Source: an uncultured Acidobacteriota bacterium
GTDB lineage: Bacteria; Acidobacteriota; JAQAZP01
Direction of reading: 5' to 3'
Length of the DNA: 64,000 nucleotides
Assembly (NCBI GenBank): GCA_963836075.1
Contig: CAWIIB010000009.1
Coordinates: 2,432,001-2,496,000, forward strand
The stretch's first letter is position 1. Every line of letters starts with the position of its first letter. Below the pieces are notes generated by a model that worked only from the letters and a program-made list of their open reading frames with translations, was not told where the DNA came from and searched no databases. A program made the position numbers and the translations under genes. Below are positions 38,640 through 47,872 of this stretch, in pieces.

Positions 38640-38882
38640 ATGGGAAAATTGCCGAAGCAGAAGCGGGAAATGTTGCGCGAGCACGCGAAATAATCGAGGA
38701 AAATCCACACCTGTCCCAAATGAAGCGCAAGCTTGATGAGATCAATAATCAAGATGAACGGTCGGGTAGATAGGTAACAAAAGAATCCATGTGTCACGGC
38801 CCTTGCTGAACGATCGGTTTAAAGCCTGTCCGTCGGTGATGGACTTAAAGCTTGAGAGGCTGAACTCAACAGACAAGAACAA

Positions 38883-38962
38883 TTTTCTATTGAGTATGAT
38901 GCGGCAGTAGGGCTAAGTCTTTATTTATCGTCCCAACTCCACCCTAAAAACTCAATAGAAAA
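38883..38962. repeat. 13-bp perfect inverted repeat pair in a low-GC intergenic stretch
   Basis: ttttctattgagt (38883-38895) and actcaatagaaaa (38950-38962). Confidence 0.7.
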
Positions 38963-39242
38963 CCTTGGAGGTAGCTAATCGCGGCGAAGATCGGATTTAC
39001 CGCATGATCCTGACTGTGTGATAAAAGCCCCCTCCACGTCTGAGCCATATCTTACCATTACCGGCGTAAAAAGTCGCGTCCTACGCTGTCCTACAGCGTT
39101 CTAGCGATGATTCTGGGCGAGGTGTTGATGCTATTTACGGAATTCCACAGGGAATTCCTGACCATTGTCGGTACACAGCAACACCGGCCCAGAGAGTCCC
39201 CTGAGCCGGTGCCATGATGTCGATCAGGGTAGATCTCCCTAC

Positions 39243-41438
39243 TCAGAACTCCCCGCCGTCACGTTCGTCCCGTAGTACATTTCCCTCGAAGGCCTCCAGC
39301 GAGAACCACAGGGTCTGACCAGAGCCATCGTATTCGTAAACTTTCACTTCAGTGCCAGCATCCGGATCAGGGCCGCAGCCCACCACCATTCGGCCCGGCC
39401 ATCGCCGTTCAGGTCGGCCCCGGCAAAGACATTGGCACCGTATCGCATCATCAGTCCCAGGCAAAGAAGCTCAGGCCGGGCAGGGATGTGATCGATGAGC
39501 CGTCATAGTTCCAGCCACGGACATGGGCACCGAAAACGCCCCCGGCCCGGCACCGGTGACGATCTCGTCGATCCCGTCTCCGTCCACGTCTCCGCAGGTG
39601 ACGTTCACACCATATTTCTGGGTGCCGTAGGCAAAGAAGCTCACGCCCGGGTATGGACGTCGCCGCGCCACCGTCCACGTTCCAGCCTCTGACATGCGGC
39701 CCATAGACCGCCCCGGGGCCTGCGCCGGTGACGATCTCGTCATAGCCGTCACCGTCGATGTCTCCCGCCGAGACATTCACCCCCCACTTGGGCGTGCCGT
39801 AGGCGAAGAAGCTCACACCCGGGATGGCGGTCACCGTCGCCGGTGCCGTCGTAGTCCCAGCCCCGGACATGAGGGCCGAACACAGCGCCGGGACCGGCAC
39901 CGGTGATGATCTCGTCGAATCCGTCGCCGTCGATGTCGCCGGCGGCCACGTTGACGCCATACTTGTTGGTGCCGTAAGCGAGGAAACTCAGTCCGGGCAG
40001 GGGCGTGCCGTCCACCTCGAAGCCCCGCACATGAGGTCCATAGATCTCACCCGGGCCTGCGCCGGTGAGGATCTCGTCGAGCAGATCACCATTCACATCC
40101 CCGCAGGTCACATTGACCCCGTAGTGATCGGGACCATATGCCTCGAACTCGTATTCATGCACGGCGTCTTGTTCTGGAGGAAACACCCGCACCAGCGGCG
40201 GATTCTCATAGGCCGGGCCGGGGCCAGTGACCACACGAAATTCCAGGAAACGGATAGTGGTAACCCATGTCCACTACCCCAGTATCCTGAACTGAATCGG
40301 TGCGTGTTGTTCCCTCGATCATGTCGCTCTCAGGGTCGCCTGCTGTCCACGCATGGACTGTTTTCGGCCTGCCCAGCAGCAATCTGGCTGAGGTAGTAAT
40401 CTCCCAGCGGACCGGTCGACGAAAAGCGGATCGGCATCGATGTTGCCCTCGCCCGACCAGCCGCCCTGAACATCGGAGTAAGAGACCGTTAGGCCCGACT
40501 CCACACTATGTTATCTCGGAGAGTTGTTCCAGACGATGCAGTTGGTGATCGTTGGCGAGGATGAGTAGAAGCCTAGATCCCACCACCACTGAATGCCCTG
40601 CTTCGTTTTCGCTGAAGGTGCAGTTGGTGATTGTTGGCGAAGCAGGACTCCCAGCAGCAGATCCCACCACCATCAAGCCTGCTACATTCACGCTGAAGGT
40701 GCAGTTGGTGATCGTTGGCGAGGACTCGCAGCAGTAGATCCCACCACCTCAATATCCACTGATTCGTTCTCGCTGAAGGTGCAGTTGGTGATCGTTGGCG
40801 AGAGAATCCTAGCAGCCGATCCCACCACCATACATCTTCCGCTTCGTTACCGCTGAAGGTGCAGTTGGTGATCGTTGGCGAGGAGGACCTCCACTGCAGT
40901 AGATCCCACCACCATCATAAGCTTGATTTGTTATCGCTGAAGGTGCAGTTGGTGATCGTTGGCGAGCGAGGACTCATACCAGCAGGCGATCCCTCCCCCA
41001 GATTCCAGTGCCCTGATTGGCTATAAAGGTGCAGTTGGTGATCGTTGGCGAGGAGTCGGAGCAGTAGTCACATCGCCAGCAGTATCCCACCATCCGTGTA
41101 CACTCCATACCCATTTTGAATGGTGAATCCATCCAGCACAGAATCTTCATCCTCACCGTCTGTGGAAATAGAATCCGCGGACCCTCCTCCTCACAGTCGA
41201 TGATGCAGTTCTCCGCCCCGTTCTCCGACCTGACGGTGATCGCCTTGCCGAAGAAATCGATGTCACGGTTCCCGTCACCGGTGTAAGTGCCGTCGGCCAC
41301 CAGCACCGTGTCACCGTCCACCGCGGCATCGATGCCCGCCTGAATGGTGGGCTGGTCGCCGGGGACGTGGATCGTGTCTGCCATACCCAAAACCGGAAAC
41401 ACCATGAAGAGCATAAGAACTAACATTGCGTGTCTCAT
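39243..41438 (-). pseudogene. Multiply frameshifted secreted beta-helix + FG-GAP propeller (CTD-B) gene
   Basis: AGGAGGT RBS; signal peptide MRHAMLVLML...GMA then 'DTIHVPGDQPTIQAGID'; SPTITNCTFS repeats; 'GPGPAYENPPLVRVF' and GVNVxxGDxDGDG pieces in several frames. Confidence 0.85.
40538..41052 (-). repeat. Seven beta-helix coding repeats with a near-identical ~30-bp core
   Basis: gctgaaggtgcagttggtgatcgttggcga at 40611, 40692, 40772, 40852, 40936 (partial at 40538, 41026); the minus strand encodes SPTITNCTFS. Confidence 0.88.
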
Positions 41439-41743
41439 AACATACCTCCTTATCAATGGGTTGTGAGAAATGAAGCACAAGTCGTTTCGCAGAACCCGAT
41501 ATGCACGTAAATTTCTTCTCCACTTATAACTGCGTAATCTCTCCGGAAAATCCTCAATAGAAAAATCGGCCAAACAAATATGATTGACGAAACGTTGCTC
41601 GATTTGTCTGACACATGCAAGGCAGTTGAAGCACATATCAGTCCCAGGAGCAGTGAAATATTGAGAATCGGCCAAAATTGTGGATAATGAGGAAAAGTCG
41701 AGGATTCAGCTGAGCATTCTGAAAAACGACAGAGGGTGGTGCC

Positions 41744-42332
41744 ATGACCGAGGCCGCCCGATCCGAAGTCACCGAGATTCTTCTCGCCCTCCAGGGTGAT
41801 GAGGCCGGTCAGCGTGAATACAGCGACCGGCTCTTCGAACACGTCTACAACGAGCTTCACCGCATCGCCATCGACCTGATGCGCCGGGAGCGTATCGATC
41901 ACACCCTCCAGCCCACCGCCATCGTTCACGAGGCCTACCTGCGGCTCGTGGACCAGACCCGCACCGACTGGAAGAGCCGGGCCCACTTCTTCAGTACCGC
42001 CGCCCAGGCCATGCGGCGGATTCTCATCGACCATGCACGCCAGCGCTCGGCAGCCAAGCGAGGGGGCGGCAAGACCATTATGACACTCGACGAGAACCTG
42101 GGTGGGCAAACGGAAAAGGCGATCGAAGTTCTCGAACTCGACGAGGCGCTGACCAGACTCGGCGAATTGGATCAGCGGATGGCCCAGGTGGTGGAATTTC
42201 GTGTCTTTGCCGGGATGACCAATGCGGAAGCAGCGTTTGTGCTCAAAGTTTCCGAGCGGACGGTTCGATGAGGACTGGCGGATGGCCAAGATGTGGCTGC
42301 TCCGTGAACTGTCGGAAGGCACCAACTCATGA
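41744..42332 (+). pseudogene. ECF sigma factor of the kinase-associated type (TIGR02999/ECF43-like), frameshifted at ~42269
   Basis: 'HTLQPTAIVHEAYLRL', 'AMRRILIDHAR..SAAKRGG'; tail EDWRMAKMWLLREL is in another frame; ATGA overlap with the kinase. Confidence 0.85.
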
Positions 42333-45142
42333 AACCCGAAAGATTCGCGCAAATCAAGAAGATCGTTCTCCGGGCGGCCGATCTCCCGGCGGAGGAGCGG
42401 AGGCCTACCTGGACGAGGCCTGCGGGGACGATCCCGGAACTGCGGCGCGAGGCCGAATCGCTCCTGGCCCATGGGGGCGAGCCTTCCGGGATCCTGCAGA
42501 AAGCCGGCATCGTCCCGGAAACTGCTGTTGAGCCAGAAGGAGAGGCGTCGCCCATCCCGGCGGAGATCGCGGGGTACCGCATCATCCGGAAACTCGGCGA
42601 GGGCGGGATGGGCGTGGTCTACGAAGCCGAGCAGGAGAGCCCCCGCCGCCGGGTGGCGCTAAAGGTGGTCCGCAGCGACGTGCATCTGGACGAACACCGG
42701 GTGAGGCTATTCCGGCGGGAGGTCCAGGCCCTTGGCCGTCTCAAGCACCCCGGAATAGCTGCGATTCACGAATCCGGCTGCACCGAGGAGGGAGAGCACT
42801 TCTTCGTCATGGAGCTGGTGAGCGGCGTGCCGCTCGATGAGTACCTGGCGGAAAATCCCATCCGTCCGGAACATGCCAGAACAGACATTCGCGTCCGCCT
42901 CGAACTGTTCCGCCAGATCTGCCACGGCATCAGCTACGCCCACCAGCGGGGAGTGATCCACCGGGATCTCAAACCTTCGAACATTCTCGTGGTCAGCGAA
43001 GAGGAAGGTAAGGACAAAGGCTCGACCGGATCATCAGTCCAGGTGAAGATCCTCGACTTCGGGCTGGCGCGGATCACCGACGCCGACGTGTCGATGACCA
43101 CGATGATGACCGAGGTGGGGAAGATCCAGGGCACGCTCTCCTACATGAGCCCGGAGCAGGCGCGGGGCAACCCGGACGAGATCGATGTGCGGAGCGACGT
43201 CTACTCGCTCGGGGTGATCCTCTACGAGATGCTCACCGGGGAGCTTCCCTATGACGTGCGGCGCACCATGGTCCACGATGCGGTGCGGGTGATCCTGGAG
43301 CAGCCGCCGCGGAGGCCCAGCACGCTGATCCGCACGCTCAGAGGTGACGTGGAGACGATCGTCCTCAAAGCGCTGGAAAAGGACCCGGGACGGCGCTACC
43401 AGAGCGCAGCGGCCCTGGGGGAGGATGTGGAGCGGTATCTTGCCCATCAGCCGATCCTGGCCCGTCCCCCGAGCACGGTGTATCAGCTGAGAAAACTGGT
43501 CGCCCGGCACAGGGCTTTGTTCGGGGCCCTGGCCGCGGTGTTCGTTGTGCTGGTCTGCGGACTGATCGTCAGTACCACTCTCTATTTGCGAGCCGAGCGG
43601 GAGCGGAACCGGGCGTTGGCCGCGGAAAAGACCGCAACTGAGGCACGAGACGCTGAGAGGCTGGCTCGAGTAGAGGTTGAAGCTGAGGCGTCAAAGACCA
43701 AGCGTATCCTTGATTTCATGTCGAACATGTTTACCACGGCCGATCCTGCGAAGTAGAGGATCGTGACCTCACCGTTCGTGAACTGTTGGAAGGAACAGAC
43801 AAAACATTAGAGAATAAACTCGGAGATGATCCTGAAATCCAGGCGGCGATACGTGAAACTCTGGGTTTGGCGTATTACCGGCTTGCTCTTTATCCGCAAA
43901 CTCAATCACATATTCTCTGGTTGATCGAATACTACCGCCGGGAATTCGGCGAGTCGCATGAACAAACGTTGAAAAATATGAACTGGCTCGGTCAATGTTA
44001 TTTCTATGATGGCCAAATAAGGGAATGCATACGCACCGTGGAGGAAAGTCTCGCACTTGCACGTAAAGCCTGGGGGGAAGAACACATCGAGACTCTGAGA
44101 GCAATGGAACAACTGGGTAATGCGTATCGGTATCAAGGTAGGCTTGAAGAAGCAAGACCATTGTTGGAACACGCCCACACCGTTGGCAAGCGTTTACACT
44201 CCGATTCCTGGTATACGCCATAGATTTTTCAGCATGCCTCGGTCTATTGTATCAGGCTGAAGGTCGCTTTACTGAAGCTGAACGGTTTTTCCGTGATTCA
44301 TTGCAATTGACCTGTAAGTTTTTCGGTGATGAACACACTAACACGATTCTAATAACGAATTTGCTAATGCTTGTCCTCGCGGACCAAGGCGATTTTGAGC
44401 GGATGGAGGGTACCGTCAGGGCGAATCTGGCGACAGCACGCAATGCGTTTGGGGACAATCACGAAGATACGATCACTGCCATGAGAACCTGGGAGTGACG
44501 CTGCGTGGTAAGGGTGACCTTGAAGCCGCCGAAAGCGTTTATAGAGAGGCAATATCGATCAGCCGTCAGCTTGGGACGGGCCATCTGCAATTCCGGGCAT
44601 CGATGATGGATTCGCACAGTTACTCGAGGTAAGAACCAAGATGCTCAAGTCGAAGAATTTTGCTCGGGTTACTCAAGAGTGAACGTCGATTTTTCAACGA
44701 AGGCCGTACAATATCCTTGCCGACATGTTGGTCCTGCTTGGGGTCAGTCTGAACAAGCAGGGCAGATACTCTGACGCCGAGCCGTTTTTGCGGGAAAGCC
44801 TGACAATTCTTAATCAGATTCGGCCTGACGGCCATTGGTCCATTGCAGATGCCGAGAGTGCACTTGGTGAATCGCTGGCCGGCCAAGGTGAAATACTCTG
44901 AGGCTGAGCGGCTACTTATCGATGCTTACGCACGAATTAAAGATAAGGAAGGTGTGATTCCGTTTCTTTCTCGGAGCCATAGCCAGCGTAAAGCCCTTGA
45001 ACGTATTATTCATCTGTACAACGCCTGGGGCAAGCCGGAAAAGGCCGCCGAGTGGCGGGCGAAGCTGCCTGTAACCGAGGGGGAACTCGAGCCACTACAG
45101 GCAGGGGTTGGACCAGAGCAGTCCGACTCGTCGAAGGATTAG
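42329..45142 (+). pseudogene. Ser/Thr protein kinase with TM segment and TPR repeats, broken by several frameshifts
   Basis: GEGGMG, VALK, HRDLKPSN, DFG, GTLSYMSPEQ; TM segment; TPR fragments at 43786-45142 in different frames. Confidence 0.88.
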
Positions 45143-45582
45143 CCTTCATCGACATCTTTGATCTCCTCGATCACACCATCAAGCGCACCGGCCTCGCGCA
45201 GGATTCGCGCCACCTCGGCGACATCTGCAGCGCTGTCCCGTATCTCCACCGCACCGCCATGCGCGTGAAGGTGGCCATGAACCACCTCGCCGTGGAAATG
45301 GGTCTCTTTGATCCGCTTCCAGCGCTCGGGGTTCCGGTTGGTTAGCCAGAAGATGCAGGCGGTGACGTCCGGCGGCATGTGCTTGCGCGTTACAGTTACT
45401 CTCTTCGTGCCGTTCGGCAGGGTCTGCTCCCTGACCACCTCATACTCGTAGCCGAGGCAGCGGTCCAGCAGCCGAGCCTCGACGTTGCGCGCATCGTATT
45501 CGTCTTTGCCCCTTTTTATGGCACGTCGAAACTCGGGGTGCTCACGCTGCCACCGATCGATAGAACTGACGCTGACGCTCAT
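45139..45582 (-). pseudogene. Phage terminase small subunit-like gene, 5'-truncated at the IS junction
   Basis: 'VSVSSIDRWQREHPEFRRAIKRGK...LGYEY...PPDVTACIFWLTNRNPERW' is the pattern of HTH-type TerS; the N-terminal helices are missing. Confidence 0.7.
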
Positions 45583-47298
45583 GTCACGCAAGGCGCTGGT
45601 GCGTGTTCTGATTCCCGCGTTTCCGATCCGTCAACCGCGGTTGACACGACCCCGTCGCTACCTTTCGTTTGCTGACCAGCCTGGCCCCCGGCCCCGATCT
45701 TGCTCCTCCCGGTCTGCATGGGCCAGGAGACGAAGGGCATCTACCGGCCCCGGCGGCCGGAGCGGACCGACCTGCACCTGGCGGTCCGCGAGAACCTCGA
45801 GCTGTTCCTCGAGACTTACGACGAGCGGTTTCTCGACCGGCACGGCCCGCTGACCGATCGGGCCCGCCGCACGCTCGAAGAGTATCTTCGCTGCGGGATC
45901 CTCGCCGCCGGGTTCGCCCGGGTCCGTTGCGGGGACTGCGGCCATGAACAGCTGGTGGCCTTCTCCTGCCAGCTCCGCGGCGTCTGTCCCTCATGCCAGC
46001 AGAAGCGGGCCGAGATCCTCTGCCGTTTCGTCATCGACGAGGTGATCGAGCCGGTGGGGCACCGCCAGCTGGTCTTCGTCCTGCCCAGACACCTGCGCCG
46101 GCCGTTCTACCGCGACCGCCGGATGCTCACCGGCCTCTGCCGCTCTGCCGTGGAGGCGACCCACGCTTTCTACCGCACCGGCCTGGGCCGGGACGATCTG
46201 AGAGTGGGGATGGTGGTGGTTCCCCAGCGGTTCGGTGACCGGGTCAACCCGCACATCCACCTGCACGCCATGGCCACCGACGGCGCCTTCGACGCCGAGG
46301 GGGTCTTCCACCCGATGCCCTTCGACATGCAGGGGGACATCGAGGTGCTGGAGCGGCTGTTCTCCCGGCGTGTGCTCGACCTGATGGTGCGGCGCAAGCG
46401 GCTGAGCGTTCGACTGCGCGACGAGATGCTGAGCTGGGAGCACAGCGGCTTCTCGGTGGACGGCTCGGTCAGGGTGGCGGTGGGGGACTACGGGCGCCTC
46501 AGGCGGCTGGTGCGCTACCTGGCGCGGCCGGCGGTGTCGGCGGAGCGGGTGTTCTACGACCGGTCGAGCGGCACGGTCACCGTTCGGAGCTCGAAGAAGG
46601 TGCAGGGCGTCCGCCCGGTGGTGGCGCGATACGACGCGCTGACCTTTTTGTCGCTGCTGGCGCTGCAGGTGCCGCCGCCCGGGGTGCACATGGTGCGCTA
46701 CTACGGCCACTACTCGGTGCGGAGCCGGGCGGAGCGGAGGAAGAGGGCTCGGGAGGGGACGGCCGGGATTCGCAGCGAAACGCCGCCGCCGGCGAGCGAG
46801 CGGCGGCGGAGGTGGGCGGAGCTGATCCGCCTGGTGTTCGAGGCGGACCCCCTGCGCTGCGACACGTGCGGGGGCGTGATGAAGGTCGTCTCGTTCATCT
46901 CGACGGCGCAGTCCGGGGTGATCCGCCGCATCCTCGAGCACCTGGGGGTGAGCACGGTGGTCCCCCGGGCCCACGGTCCGCCGGGGTGGGCCGTGAAAAG
47001 CGAACGGCGGGTTCAAGGCGTGTTGCTCCGGGCCGAGGAGGACTTTTCGCAGGCGCCACCCGATTGGGACGAGTGGGAGCCGGCTTGAGGCCCGGGGCCG
47101 GAACCGTGCCCGACGGCGAAGTGCGCCCGATTTCAGCCTTTGATGCCTATCGGTCAGCGAATTGTGGGGCAAACCACTACCCACTCGGCAGCAACGGCCC
47201 TGCACGCCCCTTCGATCCCCTTGAATCCGGGATCGAGTGCCGTTGCGGGCGGCCCGAGGAAGCACATAGCTTGACTGAGAAAAAGCTTTTCACTATAC
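45581..47298 (+). mobile_element. IS91/ISCR-family rolling-circle insertion sequence, copy 2
   Basis: Same as copy 1 at offset 8659; the only difference noticed is a synonymous G>T (37712 vs 46371). Confidence 0.93.
45718..47088 (+). CDS. IS91-family HUH (Y2-type) transposase
   Basis: Protein identical to 37059-38429. Confidence 0.93.
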   Translation: MGQETKGIYRPRRPERTDLHLAVRENLELFLETYDERFLDRHGPLTDRARRTLEEYLRCGILAAGFARVRCGDCGHEQLVAFSCQLRGVCPSCQQKRAEILCRFVIDEVIEPVGHRQLVFVLPRHLRRPFYRDRRMLTGLCRSAVEATHAFYRTGLGRDDLRVGMVVVPQRFGDRVNPHIHLHAMATDGAFDAEGVFHPMPFDMQGDIEVLERLFSRRVLDLMVRRKRLSVRLRDEMLSWEHSGFSVDGSVRVAVGDYGRLRRLVRYLARPAVSAERVFYDRSSGTVTVRSSKKVQGVRPVVARYDALTFLSLLALQVPPPGVHMVRYYGHYSVRSRAERRKRAREGTAGIRSETPPPASERRRRWAELIRLVFEADPLRCDTCGGVMKVVSFISTAQSGVIRRILEHLGVSTVVPRAHGPPGWAVKSERRVQGVLLRAEEDFSQAPPDWDEWEPA

Positions 47299-47299
47299 A

Positions 47300-47533
47300 T
47301 CAATCCGGATCGGCTGCGGGGGTGCGTTTTGTCTTCCTGGCGGCGAGATCAGCCAGTGCGCGGAGGGCTTTGTTCACATCTTTGGAGGTGGGGAACAGGG
47401 CGGCCACGTCTGGATCGAGAACGACGACGTTGCTGCCTCGAGCGAACCGTTTGGCGTATTTACCCCGGACACCCCGAGAGAAATCGTATTCCTCACGCAT
47501 TTCCAAGACTTTTCCTGATTTATCCTTCTTCAT
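47300..47533 (-). CDS. BrnA-like antitoxin
   Basis: 'EMREEYDFSRGVRGKY...VVLDPDVAALFPTSKDVNKALR'; overlaps the brnT stop. Confidence 0.8.
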   Translation of the reverse strand: MKKDKSGKVLEMREEYDFSRGVRGKYAKRFARGSNVVVLDPDVAALFPTSKDVNKALRALADLAARKTKRTPAADPD

Positions 47534-47798
47534 ACGTTCGCTTCTCGTTTTTCGTCGCTTCTCGTGCACTGATGATTCTGATTGTATCATCATCGTCCAG
47601 ATGTACGATAACCAACGTCCGACCGGACAGCGATTGTCCGATCGTGATGAACCTCATTTCTCCCCGGGGCACAGCCGGATCACGAATCGTGACGGTCAAA
47701 GGATCACCGAAAACCGTTGCGGCATCCTCGAAGGAAACACCGTGTTTGCGGACGTTCGAGCCCGTCTTCCGCATGTCCCATTCGAATGTGAGCCCCAC
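47520..47798 (-). CDS. brnT: BrnT family toxin (DUF497)
   Basis: 'FEWD..K..SNVRKHGVSFEDAATVFGDP...IRIISAREATKNE..YE'. Confidence 0.92.
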   Translation of the reverse strand: MGLTFEWDMRKTGSNVRKHGVSFEDAATVFGDPLTVTIRDPAVPRGEMRFITIGQSLSGRTLVIVHLDDDDTIRIISAREATKNEKRTYEEG

Positions 47799-47872
47799 GA
47801 TCCCTCCTGCTCGTTGTCCGGCATACGCATTGAAATGTGACCGGAGAGAAGACCGTTGCGTTTCCAGCCCGG

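Noticed and set aside
40538-41052. CRISPR-like array (30-bp repeats with ~50-bp spacers)
   Set aside because: The repeat encodes SPTITNCTFS, the 'spacers' share a GGGI-coding motif, it lies inside a beta-helix gene, and no cas genes are present
45139-45582. Prophage
   Set aside because: Only a truncated TerS-like fragment; no large terminase, portal, capsid or integrase in the window
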